From Bacteroidota bacterium (lineage in GTDB: Bacteria; Bacteroidota; Bacteroidia; Flavobacteriales; TMED113): 64,000 bases of DNA. Position 1 is the stretch's first letter; the number at the start of each line of letters is the position of its first letter. The stretch lies in the NCBI GenBank assembly GCA_036158635.1, contig JAYYFR010000010.1:13138-77137 (forward strand), in the 5' to 3' direction. This document shows positions 47,804 through 56,299 of the stretch, piece by piece. A model generated the notes under the pieces. The model saw nothing but the letters and a program-made list of their open reading frames with translations. It made no database searches and was not told the origin of the DNA. The translations under genes were made by a program, and so were the position numbers.

Positions 47804-48521
47804 TGTGTTCTAATAACAAATTTAATCCTTTCATTAATATGTCATTATCAAAATTGACATTTTTAATTCTTTTTTTAAAAAAAACAGAGTCACCCCCAGT
47901 AATTACAGTGTTAAGATTTTTAAACTTATTATTATAGAGTAGAATTCTTGAAATAATTTCGTCATAAATACCAAAAAAAACCCCAGACTGAATACTTTCA
48001 AATGTAGATTTTCCCAAAAATTTATATGGCTCTTGAAATTTTAAATTTGGTAATTTACTATTTACACCAGATAATGATTTCAATCTTAAATTAATTCCAG
48101 GACTTATTTGCCCTCCTTTGTAAATTTTATTTGAAACTATGTCGTATGTTATACAAGTACCTATATCAATAATCAAATGATTTTTAAAATTAGGAAAAGT
48201 AAATAATGCCCCAATGGAACCCCCAATTCTATCATAACCCAAACTATCAATTTTGTCGTATTCTATGTCTATCATAAATTTGCTAATGTTATCCCAGTAA
48301 AAGATTTTAACAGATTTGTCATTAATTATATTGTTTAGATGTTTATTTAAACTTTTATTTTGTCCACAAAAAAGAATGTACTTAATTTTATAGAATCTTG
48401 ATAAGATTGGTGATAAATCTATTTCTTGAATTGATTTATAAATATATTTTTTTAATATATTTTGTTTATCAAATACAGCTAGTTTTATATTAGTATTTCC
48501 AATATCTATTATTAATTTCAT
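47793..48521 (-). CDS. coaX: Type III pantothenate kinase
   Basis: 242-aa ORF with the N-terminus LIIDIGNTNIKLAVF and the motifs GYDRIGG and IIDIGTCITYD. Confidence 0.88.
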   Translation of the reverse strand: MKLIIDIGNTNIKLAVFDKQNILKKYIYKSIQEIDLSPILSRFYKIKYILFCGQNKSLNKHLNNIINDKSVKIFYWDNISKFMIDIEYDKIDSLGYDRIGGSIGALFTFPNFKNHLIIDIGTCITYDIVSNKIYKGGQISPGINLRLKSLSGVNSKLPNLKFQEPYKFLGKSTFESIQSGVFFGIYDEIISRILLYNNKFKNLNTVITGGDSVFFKKRIKNVNFDNDILMKGLNLLLEHNVK

Positions 48522-48581
48522 TTTTCTAGAAACAATATTTAGAATAAATTTATAAAAACATACAATATTATTTATTCTAAA

Positions 48582-48597
48582 TAATGTTATATATTTG
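48582..48597 (+). promoter_or_regulatory. Candidate tRNA-Phe promoter: TAATGTTA followed by the -7 box TATATTTG
   Basis: Exact TAnnTTTG at 48590-48597, 13 nt upstream of the mature tRNA 5' end. The 16-mer recurs with one mismatch at 51092-51107. Confidence 0.45.
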
Positions 48598-48610
48598 AAG
48601 ACATTTTTAT

Positions 48611-48683
48611 GGTACCATAGCTCAGTTGGTAGAGCAAAGGACTGAAAATCCTTGTGTCCCTGGTTCGATTCCTGGTGGTACCA
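48611..48683 (+). tRNA. tRNA-Phe (GAA)
   Basis: Acceptor GGTACCA/TGGTACC plus discriminator A. D-arm TAGCTCAGTTGGTAGAGCA. Anticodon stem-loop AGGA-CTGAAAA-TCCT. T-arm CTGGTTCGATTCCTGG. Confidence 0.95.
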
Positions 48684-48690
48684 CTACCAT

Positions 48691-48721
48691 AAAACTCTCT
48701 TTTAAAAGAGAGTTTTTTTTT
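48691..48721 (+). terminator. Rho-independent terminator after tRNA-Phe, possibly bidirectional
   Basis: Perfect inverted repeat AAAACTCTCTTT / AAAGAGAGTTTT centred at 48703/48704. Followed by a T-run to 48721 and preceded by an A-run. Confidence 0.7.
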
Positions 48722-48831
48722 GATAATTTTCTTTGACTTATAAAAAAGTGAAAGTAAATATATATAAAAACACTAAAAACTATTTTTTAAGAATATAATT
48801 TTTATTTAAAAAAAATAGTCGTATTGCAATT

Positions 48832-50352
48832 TTAAATGATTAATAATTTTGTATTGATAAATTCATTTAAAAATTTTATTTTGACTCTTTCCTGACTCAT
48901 ATCATCTCTATTTCTAAATGTTACGCTATCATCTTCTAACGTGTTGTGGTCAACAGTTATGCAAAACGGTGTACCTATCGCATCTTGTCTTCTGTATCTT
49001 TTACCAATAGAATCTTTTTCTTCATAATAACAATTAAATTCTTTATTTAATTTGTTGAAAATTTGTTTTGCTATTTTGGGTAAATTATCTTTTTTAACTA
49101 GCGGTAAGATTGCAACTTTGAATGGGGCTAAAATTGGTGGTAATTTTAAAAGTACTCTTTTTTCATTATTTTCTGTTTCCTCACAGTAAGATTGACAAAT
49201 TATAGCAAGAAACATTCTATCGAGTCCTATGGAAGTTTCAACTACATAAGGAGTATAACTCTTATTTAGTTTTGAGTCAAAATATTGAATTTTTTTATTG
49301 GTCTCATTAGAATGATTTTTTAAGTCAAAGTCTGTTCTAGAGTGAATCCCTTCGATTTCTTTAAAACCAAATGGAAATTTAAACTCAATATCAGTTGCTG
49401 CATTTGCATAGTGAGCTAATTTTTCGTGATCATGAAACTTCAAATTAGATTGAGAAATTCCTAGATTTTTATGCCATTTGATTCTTTCTTCTTTCCAATA
49501 ACTGAACCACTCTTCTTCTCTTCCTGGTTCAACAAAAAATTGCATTTCCATTTGTTCGAACTCTCTCATCCTAAAAATGAATTGACGAGCTATAATTTCA
49601 TTTCTAAATGCTTTTCCAATCTGAGCTATACCAAATGGCACTTTCATTCTAGCAGTTTTTTGTACATTAAGAAAGTTTACAAATATTCCTTGTGCTGTTT
49701 CAGGTCTTAAAAAAAGTTCTACTGCTTCATCAGCTACGGAACCAACCTTGGTGCCAAACATCAAATTAAATTGTCGAATATCTGTCCAATTACACGTACC
49801 TGATACTGGGCATACAATTTTTAAATTTTCAATCAATTGTTTTAGTCCATTATAATCTTCATTTTCTAAAAATTCACTCATTTCTTTTGTAACAACTTCT
49901 ATCTGACTTAGATACTTAACTATACGTGGTGATGTTTTGTAAAATTTTTCCATATCAAAATTTTCACCAAATCTTTTTTGAGCCTTATGAGTCTCTTTTT
50001 CAATTTTGATATTTAATTTTTGAATATAAGTTTCAATTAATTCATCTGCTCTGTATCTTTTTTTGGAATCTTTATTGTCAATTAGTGGGTCATTAAAAGC
50101 ATCTGTGTGACCAGAAGCTTTCCATATTTTAGGATGCATGAAAATGGCAGAATCCAAACCTACAACATCGGTTCTGTACTGAACCATTGATTTCCACCAT
50201 TGTTTTTTAATATTGTTCTTTAACTCTACTCCATTTGGACCATAATCATAAAAAGCAGAGAGGCCATCATAAATTTCACTTGAAGGAAAAACAAATCCAT
50301 ACTCTTTACAATGTGAAATAATTGATTTTAAAGTTTGTTCTTTTTTACTCAT
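48832..50352 (-). CDS. glyQS: Glycine--tRNA ligase (dimeric class II type)
   Basis: ORF 48832-50679 trimmed to the ATG at 50352 (MSKKEQTLKSIISHCKEYGFVFPSSEIYDGL, the canonical GlyRS N-terminus). Class II motif 2 is AFRNEIIARQFIFRMREFEQMEMQFF. The 109-aa upstream extension is low-complexity and overlaps the divergent gene. Confidence 0.92.
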   Translation of the reverse strand: MSKKEQTLKSIISHCKEYGFVFPSSEIYDGLSAFYDYGPNGVELKNNIKKQWWKSMVQYRTDVVGLDSAIFMHPKIWKASGHTDAFNDPLIDNKDSKKRYRADELIETYIQKLNIKIEKETHKAQKRFGENFDMEKFYKTSPRIVKYLSQIEVVTKEMSEFLENEDYNGLKQLIENLKIVCPVSGTCNWTDIRQFNLMFGTKVGSVADEAVELFLRPETAQGIFVNFLNVQKTARMKVPFGIAQIGKAFRNEIIARQFIFRMREFEQMEMQFFVEPGREEEWFSYWKEERIKWHKNLGISQSNLKFHDHEKLAHYANAATDIEFKFPFGFKEIEGIHSRTDFDLKNHSNETNKKIQYFDSKLNKSYTPYVVETSIGLDRMFLAIICQSYCEETENNEKRVLLKLPPILAPFKVAILPLVKKDNLPKIAKQIFNKLNKEFNCYYEEKDSIGKRYRRQDAIGTPFCITVDHNTLEDDSVTFRNRDDMSQERVKIKFLNEFINTKLLII

Positions 50353-50358
50353 AATGAC

Positions 50359-50366
50359 CAAAAATA
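50359..50366 (-). promoter_or_regulatory. Candidate -7 promoter box (TATTTTTG on the minus strand) 6 nt upstream of the glyQS ATG
   Basis: The plus-strand CAAAAATA at 50359-50366 is the reverse complement of TATTTTTG. ATG at 50352. Confidence 0.3.
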
Positions 50367-50407
50367 ATGAAAAAAGAATTACTATTTTTAATGTAATAAT
50401 TATAATA

Positions 50408-50968
50408 ATGATTTTTGTTAAAAACACACTTATTAGTAAAGAAATTTTGGAGAAAAAATTTGTTTGTGATTTAAAAGCATGTAAAGGCGCTTGTTGCGTT
50501 GAAGGTGAATCTGGAGCCCCTCTGGAAAAAAAAGAAATATTGGATATTAAAAATTCGTTCGGAAAAATTAAAAAAAGATTAAGCAAGCAAAGTTTAGAGC
50601 AAATAAAAAAGGAAGGTATGTATGTCGAGTTACAAAATGGAGAACTAGAAACACCTCTTAATAATGGGAAAGAGTGCATTTATTCTATTAAAAAAAACGG
50701 TTTAACAAAATGTGTTTTTGAAGAAAGTTATAACAAAGGCGAAATAAATTTTAAAAAACCTATTTCATGTCATTTATATCCAATAAGAGTTGAAAAGAAA
50801 AATATATTTGATAAACTAAATTACGAACATTGGAGTATATGTAATCATGCCTGTAGTTTAGGTGAAAAACTAAAAGTCCCTGTTTTTATTTTTTTAAAAG
50901 AGGCATTGATTAGGAAATATGGCAAGGATTGGTATCAGGATCTAATTTCAAAAGTTGAAACTTACTAA
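50408..50968 (+). CDS. Cys-rich DUF3109-like protein
   Basis: ORF 50354-50968 trimmed to the ATG at 50408, which leaves a 55-bp divergent promoter region. Motifs CDLKACKGACCVEGESGAPL and CHLYPIRV. The family name is from memory. Confidence 0.6.
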   Translation: MIFVKNTLISKEILEKKFVCDLKACKGACCVEGESGAPLEKKEILDIKNSFGKIKKRLSKQSLEQIKKEGMYVELQNGELETPLNNGKECIYSIKKNGLTKCVFEESYNKGEINFKKPISCHLYPIRVEKKNIFDKLNYEHWSICNHACSLGEKLKVPVFIFLKEALIRKYGKDWYQDLISKVETY

Positions 50969-50987
50969 ATGTTACTTTCAACTTTTT
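50951..50987 (+). terminator. Hairpin spanning the DUF3109-like stop codon; possible terminator
   Basis: AAAGTTGAAA (50951-50960) pairs perfectly with TTTCAACTTT (50976-50985) across a 15-nt loop, followed by TT. Confidence 0.35.
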
Positions 50988-51091
50988 AACAATTATTCAA
51001 ATATATTTTCATGACTTATTAATTATAAACTGTACTAAATTGTTAATAAGTATTTCATTTTTTTTACATAAGTATGTTGTTCAATTTAATT

Positions 51092-51107
51092 TAATGTTAA
51101 ATATTTG
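51092..51107 (+). promoter_or_regulatory. Promoter-like block TAATGTTA-AATATTTG inside the nrd upstream gap
   Basis: 15 of 16 positions match the tRNA-Phe promoter block at 48582-48597. The -7 box is one mismatch from TAnnTTTG. Confidence 0.35.
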
Positions 51108-51158
51108 TCATGCGTAGTTATCCTACGTTAAAATAGAATTTTTTCTAACCATTAATAC

Positions 51159-51192
51159 GGCAATACAACTTGTAGTTGCCTGGAGATTTTTT
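51159..51192 (+). terminator. Terminator-like hairpin plus T6 tract inside the nrd upstream gap (attenuator or sRNA 3' end?)
   Basis: GGCAATACAA / TTGTAGTTGCC stem (51159-51180, one bulge and one G-U pair), then TGGAGA and TTTTTT at 51187-51192. Confidence 0.4.
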
Positions 51193-51325
51193 GACTTAAT
51201 TTTTTTAGTATTAAGAAAAAAAAAAAAACAAACAAATAATCTTCACAGGTTTGTTGACAATTTTTATGAAAAAAAAATTGTTGAAAAGAGATTTTAAATA
51301 ATAATAAAACAATATTGTTTAATTG

Positions 51326-51333
51326 TAATTTTG
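51326..51333 (+). promoter_or_regulatory. Candidate -7 promoter box (TAATTTTG) proximal to nrdB
   Basis: Exact TAnnTTTG match 36 nt upstream of the nrdB ATG at 51370. Confidence 0.3.
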
Positions 51334-51369
51334 GAAGAATAGTTAGACCAAAAATTAAAAAAATATAAT

Positions 51370-52644
51370 ATGCAAGTAGAAAGTATTTTTAAACGAAGCC
51401 ACGAAAAAAGACAATTCAAATTAGAGAAAATAACTGACGCTATTCTTAAAGCGATGATTTCTGTTGATAACGGAAATTTAAGTGACGCTGAACATATTGC
51501 AGCTGAAGTAAATAAAAGCCTAATCGCTCGTGCTATCAAAATACCCAACTACACACCAAACGTAGAAGAAATTCAAGACTTAGTTGAAAAAAAATTGATG
51601 CAAAGTGAATTCTTAGACGTTGCAAAGGCATATATTCTTTATAGAAATACTCAAAATCAAAAACGAAAGAGAAATGTTTTTGAAAAAAGAATCACTCTCA
51701 AACCATTTGAATATCCTGAATTATATGATTACGTTCCTGCAATTAGGCATTCCTATTGGATTCATACTGAATTTAATTTCACAAGTGATATACAAGATTT
51801 CAAAACCCGCCTAACTGACACAGAAAAAAATGCTATAAAAAATACCATGCTTGCAATTTCTCAAATAGAAGTTGCTGTTAAAAGTTTTTGGGGTGATATT
51901 TATCACAAAATTCCAAAACCAGAAATTGGCTCTGTTGGAGCAACTTTTGCTGAAAGTGAAGTTAGGCATGCTGATGCTTACTCACACCTTCTAGAAATTC
52001 TGGGTCTAAACGAAGAATTTAAAGATCTCAAGAAAAATCCAGTAATTATGAAAAGAGTTAGGTACTTAGAATCAGCTCTTGCCAGTTCAAAAAGCGAAGA
52101 AAATAAGGAATATGCAGAAGCAGTTCTTCTATTTTCTCTTTTTATTGAACACGTTTCTCTATTTTCACAATTTCTAATTATTATGGCCTTTAATAAACAT
52201 AAAAATATGCTCAAGGGAGTCTCAAATGTTGTTGAAGCAACATCTAAAGAAGAGCAAATACATGGAGATTTTGGAATTGATCTTATAAAAATCATTAAAT
52301 CTGAGAACCCAGAATGGTTTGATGTATTATATGAAAGTAGAATTCAAGAAATGTGTAAGAACGCTTATGAAGCTGAAAGCGCAATTATTGATTGGATCTT
52401 TGAAAAAGGAGAATTAGATTTCTTACCAAAAGAAGAAATTAACGAATTTATAAAAGACAGATTCAATAGATCTTTGGAGAGCATTGGTGTTGATAAAATC
52501 TTCGAAACAAACCAATCAATATTAGAAAAAACAGAATGGTTTAATGACGAACTAATCGCTACAAAACACGGAGATTTTTTCGTCAAGAGATCAATAAATT
52601 ACAGCAAAAAATCACAAAGTATAACAGGAGAAGACCTATTTTAA
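51370..52644 (+). CDS. nrdB: Ribonucleotide reductase radical-generating (beta) subunit with N-terminal ATP-cone
   Basis: 424-aa ORF. The first ~100 aa fit the ATP-cone pattern (IFKRSHEKRQFKLEKITDAILKAM ... VEEIQDLVEKKLMQSEFLDVAKAYILYRN). Ferritin-like metal motifs are ESEVRHADAYSHL and SKEEQIHGDFG. Confidence 0.88.
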   Translation: MQVESIFKRSHEKRQFKLEKITDAILKAMISVDNGNLSDAEHIAAEVNKSLIARAIKIPNYTPNVEEIQDLVEKKLMQSEFLDVAKAYILYRNTQNQKRKRNVFEKRITLKPFEYPELYDYVPAIRHSYWIHTEFNFTSDIQDFKTRLTDTEKNAIKNTMLAISQIEVAVKSFWGDIYHKIPKPEIGSVGATFAESEVRHADAYSHLLEILGLNEEFKDLKKNPVIMKRVRYLESALASSKSEENKEYAEAVLLFSLFIEHVSLFSQFLIIMAFNKHKNMLKGVSNVVEATSKEEQIHGDFGIDLIKIIKSENPEWFDVLYESRIQEMCKNAYEAESAIIDWIFEKGELDFLPKEEINEFIKDRFNRSLESIGVDKIFETNQSILEKTEWFNDELIATKHGDFFVKRSINYSKKSQSITGEDLF

Positions 52645-52645
52645 C

Positions 52646-54418
52646 ATGGAAAAATTACTTAAGCAAACAGCAAAAGAAAATCTCACTAACCAACAAATAA
52701 ATGACAATAATAATACAATAGGTAAGGAGAAATTAGAAAATAATAATTTTAAATGGTTAACGGAACACAGTAGACAATTTTTAGCTGCAGGTTATATAGA
52801 CCCTGAAGTATCTGCCGAAACCAGAATCAGAGAAATTGCGGATAGAGCTGAAGAAATTTTAGGAATTAAAGGTTACGGAGATAAGTTTTTTAAGTACATG
52901 TCAGAAGGGTTTTACTCATTAGCATCGCCTGTGTGGTCAAACTTCGGAAAAAAAAGAGGTCTTCCAATTAGCTGCTTTGGATCTAACGTCTCTGATGATA
53001 TGGGTAATATTTTATATAGTCAGTCTGAAGTTGGAATGATGTCAAAACTTGGAGGGGGTACTTCTGGTTATTTTGGCCACATTAGACACCGTGGTGCTGC
53101 AGTAACTAACAATGGAGAAGCATCCGGTTCAGTTCATATTATGCAGTTGTTTGAAAGTATGGTTGATGTAGTTAGTCAAGGTTCTGTCAGAAGAGGTCGG
53201 TTTTCTCCCTACCTTCCAATTGAACATAAAGACATTTCTGAATTTCTTGACATTGGAACTGAGGGCAACCCTATTCAAGAACTTACTCATGGAGTTACAG
53301 TTACTGACAAATGGATGGAAGAAATGATTGAAGGAGATCAAGAAAAAAGAAATCTTTGGGCAAAGGTTATACAAAGAAGAGGTGAAATAGGCTATCCATA
53401 CATTTTTTTTAAAGATAAAGCTAATCAAGGGGCTCCTGAAGTTTTTAAGGATAATAATCACTCAATTAATGCAAGTAATTTATGTACTGAAATTATGTTA
53501 CCAACTAATGACAATTGGTCTTTTGTCTGTGTTTTATCGTCTTTAAATGTCCTTCATTATGATAAGTGGAAGGATACTGATGCAGTTGAAACAATGGTTT
53601 ACTTTCTTGATGCTATCATTACGGAATTTCTTGAAAAACTTGAAAACTATAGAAACTCAAAGAGTAAAGATGATCAACAAACATTTCTATTTATGGAAAG
53701 AGCTTACAATTTTGCTAAAGAAAATAGAGCACTTGGCTTAGGGGTTCTTGGCTGGCACTCACTTCTACAATCAAAAATGCTTCCATTTAATAGTCCCGAA
53801 TCTTTTAAAATAAATAATGAAGTATTCAAACTTATACAAGAAAAATCTTACAAGGCCTCTAAAGATTTGGCAGAAACTTTTGGTGAGCCAAAAACGCTCA
53901 AGGGATACGGAAGGAGAAATGCAACATTGAATGCTATTGCTCCAACAACATCATCTGCTTTTATTTTAGGCCAAGTTTCTCAAGGAATTGAACCAATATG
54001 GTCAAATATTTATGTTAAAGATATAGCCAAGGTAAAAACCACTATAAAAAACCCATTTTTACTTAAATTATTAAAAGATAAAAATAAAGATTCAAAAGAA
54101 GTTTGGGATACTATAAGAGACGCTGATGGTTCTGTTCAAAATTTGGATTTTTTAAATTCCAAGGAAAAAGAAGTTTTTAAAACATATGCCGAAATTGACC
54201 AAATGGATATAATACTTCAAGCCGCAGGAAGGCAAGCGTATATTGATCAAGGTCAATCATTAAATGTCATGATTAGTCCAAATATGACTGCAAAAGAAAT
54301 AAATAAACTTTACATTACAGCCTGGAAATTAGGCCTTAAATCATTATACTATCAACACAGCATGAACGCAGCACAAAAATTTGCACAAACTAAGGAATGT
54401 AAAAGTTGTGAAGCTTAG
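52646..54418 (+). CDS. nrdA: Ribonucleotide reductase catalytic (alpha) subunit, short form without ATP-cone
   Basis: 590-aa ORF starting 1 nt after the nrdB stop. Active-site motif ASNLCTEIMLP and C-terminal Cys pair CKSCEA. No ATP-cone-like N-terminus. Confidence 0.88.
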   Translation: MEKLLKQTAKENLTNQQINDNNNTIGKEKLENNNFKWLTEHSRQFLAAGYIDPEVSAETRIREIADRAEEILGIKGYGDKFFKYMSEGFYSLASPVWSNFGKKRGLPISCFGSNVSDDMGNILYSQSEVGMMSKLGGGTSGYFGHIRHRGAAVTNNGEASGSVHIMQLFESMVDVVSQGSVRRGRFSPYLPIEHKDISEFLDIGTEGNPIQELTHGVTVTDKWMEEMIEGDQEKRNLWAKVIQRRGEIGYPYIFFKDKANQGAPEVFKDNNHSINASNLCTEIMLPTNDNWSFVCVLSSLNVLHYDKWKDTDAVETMVYFLDAIITEFLEKLENYRNSKSKDDQQTFLFMERAYNFAKENRALGLGVLGWHSLLQSKMLPFNSPESFKINNEVFKLIQEKSYKASKDLAETFGEPKTLKGYGRRNATLNAIAPTTSSAFILGQVSQGIEPIWSNIYVKDIAKVKTTIKNPFLLKLLKDKNKDSKEVWDTIRDADGSVQNLDFLNSKEKEVFKTYAEIDQMDIILQAAGRQAYIDQGQSLNVMISPNMTAKEINKLYITAWKLGLKSLYYQHSMNAAQKFAQTKECKSCEA

Positions 54419-55597
54419 TTAAGAGAAAGCATTTTCACCGGTTATATCTAATCCGGTAATTAATAAATGTATATCATGTGTTCCCTCATAGGTAATAACT
54501 GACTCTAAATTCATCATGTGACGCATTATAGAATATTCACCTGTAATACCCATACCTCCAAGAATCTGTCTAGCATTTCGTGCAATGTCAAGAGCTATTT
54601 CAACATTGTTTCTTTTGCACATAGATATTTGAGCAGAAGTGGCTTTATCTTCATTTCTTAAAACACCTAAACGCCATGTTATAAATTGTGCTTTTGTAAT
54701 TTCAGTTATCATTTCTGCTAATTTCTTTTGTTGTAATTGAAAAGAAGCTATGGGTTTACCAAATTGAATACGTTGCTTAGAATATCTAAGGGCAGTATCA
54801 TAGCAATCCATTGCGCATCCAATCGCTCCCCAAGCAATACCAAATCTAGCAGAATCTAGACAACCTAGAGGAGCACCTAAACCATCTTTTTCCGGTAATA
54901 AATTTTCTTTAGGTACCTTTACATTATCAAAAACTAACTCACCTGTTGCAGATGCTCTTAAACTCCACTTGTTGTGAGTCTCTGGAGTTGAAAATCCTTC
55001 CATTCCTCTTTCAACTATTAATCCCTTGATTCTTCCTTGTTCATTCTTTGCCCATACAATAGCAATATCAGCAAATGGGGAATTTGAAATCCACAACTTC
55101 GCTCCATTAAGTAGAAAATAATCTCCTTTGTCTTCAAAACTAGTAACCATACCACCAGGGTTAGATCCAAAATCAGGTTCTGTTAATCCAAAACAACCTA
55201 CCATTTCACCAGATGCTAACTTTGGTAAATATTTATTTTTTTGAGCCTCAGATCCGTATTTAAAAATAGGGTACATTACAAGAGATGATTGGACAGAAGC
55301 TGTAGATCTTATTCCACTATCTCCTCTTTCAAGTTCTTGCATAATAAGACCATAAGAAATTTGATCCATACCAGCCCCGCCATATTTACTGGGAATGTAG
55401 GGACCAAAAGCTCCAATATCAGCTAAACCTTTAATTAAGTGTTTAGGGAATTCTGCTTTTTGACAACTATCTTCAATAATTGGAGAAACCTCTTTTTTTA
55501 CCCAATTCCTAGTTGTATCACGAACTAGCTTGTGTTCCATTGTTAATAAATCATCTAACTTAAAATAATCTGGTGATTCAAATAAATCTACTGACAT
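54419..55597 (-). CDS. gcdH: Acyl-CoA dehydrogenase, glutaryl-CoA dehydrogenase-like
   Basis: 392-aa ORF. GCFGLTEPDFGSNPGG and TYEGTHDIHLLITG closely match the signatures I recall for glutaryl-CoA dehydrogenases. Confidence 0.8.
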   Translation of the reverse strand: MSVDLFESPDYFKLDDLLTMEHKLVRDTTRNWVKKEVSPIIEDSCQKAEFPKHLIKGLADIGAFGPYIPSKYGGAGMDQISYGLIMQELERGDSGIRSTASVQSSLVMYPIFKYGSEAQKNKYLPKLASGEMVGCFGLTEPDFGSNPGGMVTSFEDKGDYFLLNGAKLWISNSPFADIAIVWAKNEQGRIKGLIVERGMEGFSTPETHNKWSLRASATGELVFDNVKVPKENLLPEKDGLGAPLGCLDSARFGIAWGAIGCAMDCYDTALRYSKQRIQFGKPIASFQLQQKKLAEMITEITKAQFITWRLGVLRNEDKATSAQISMCKRNNVEIALDIARNARQILGGMGITGEYSIMRHMMNLESVITYEGTHDIHLLITGLDITGENAFS

Positions 55598-55614
55598 TGT
55601 TTAATTTTTTTTTA

Positions 55615-55622
55615 CAAAAATA
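55615..55622 (-). promoter_or_regulatory. Candidate -7 promoter box (TATTTTTG on the minus strand) for the acyl-CoA dehydrogenase gene
   Basis: The plus-strand CAAAAATA at 55615-55622 lies 17 nt upstream of the ATG at 55597. Confidence 0.3.
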
Positions 55623-55678
55623 GGACATAAATTTTTCAAATTCAATTTTATTAACTTTGAAATTTAAAATACTTATTT

Positions 55679-56299
55679 GTGTCTTTTTATAATCACGATT
55701 TTTACTCAGTTTTATTAATATTTATACTTTTTTTAATCTCCATTGCTTTTAATAACAATAGAAGACAAACAAATAGCTTATTACGTATTCCTTTTAATAA
55801 TAAGGAAACTTATGGCTCGCTATATTTTCAAAGAAACACTAATATTAGCTTTACTAGATTTTTATATTTTAATATTATGGCTTTAACTACAAGTTCTTAT
55901 TTAGGCCTATTATTTAAAAAAATGAATTTTTATGATTTTATTTTTTTGTCGTTATTGATTACAATTTTTTTTGTCATTAAAAATGTTACTATTCTAACTT
56001 TTGGAATCATTTTAAAAAAATATTCTATTTTTAAAAAAATCATAATAGTTAGTATTGATATCAATACATTTATTTCTATATATTTTTATCCCATTCTATT
56101 ATTTGTTTCCTACTCAAAATTTGAAAATGTAAATTTTCAAATTTATATCTCACTAATATATTTGGTTGTTTTTTTCATAACAAAATTTTTTTTTATAATA
56201 AAAACAAACATTTTATCTAGCTTAAATTTAATTCATATTATTTGTTATATTTGTATTCTTGAAATTATCCCTTTAGTATTACTCTACGTTATCCTATAA
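55679..56299 (+). CDS. Polytopic membrane protein (DUF4271-like)
   Basis: 206-aa hydrophobic ORF with a GTG start. It precedes a HemD-like gene, as in many Bacteroidota. Confidence 0.55.
   Translation: MSFYNHDFYSVLLIFILFLISIAFNNNRRQTNSLLRIPFNNKETYGSLYFQRNTNISFTRFLYFNIMALTTSSYLGLLFKKMNFYDFIFLSLLITIFFVIKNVTILTFGIILKKYSIFKKIIIVSIDINTFISIYFYPILLFVSYSKFENVNFQIYISLIYLVVFFITKFFFIIKTNILSSLNLIHIICYICILEIIPLVLLYVIL

Noticed and set aside
48780-48818. AT-only hairpin (CTATTTTTT...AAAAAATAG) downstream of glyQS as its terminator
   Set aside because: The stem has a single G-C pair and a 21-nt loop, which is too weak to report as a feature. The bidirectional hairpin at 48691-48721 may serve both genes.
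50353-50679. 109-aa N-terminal extension of glyQS and the 50354 start of the divergent DUF3109-like ORF
   Set aside because: The canonical GlyRS N-terminus begins at 50352. Using 50354 for the divergent gene would leave no promoter space, so the ATG at 50408 is preferred.
50969-51369. Cobalamin riboswitch, NrdR boxes, or a housekeeping RNA (tmRNA, RNase P RNA, SRP RNA) in the nrd upstream gap
   Set aside because: I found no B12-box-like GCCACTG core and no paired 16-bp NrdR-type palindromes. There is also no tRNA-like 3' end, GAGGAAAGTCC motif or SRP domain IV motif. The tiny ORFs of 6-10 codons at 51074, 51110 and 51266 have no support.
51294-51548. 84-aa minus-strand ORF overlapping the nrdB start
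   Set aside because: It is antisense to the well-supported nrdB ATP-cone region and has no motifs.
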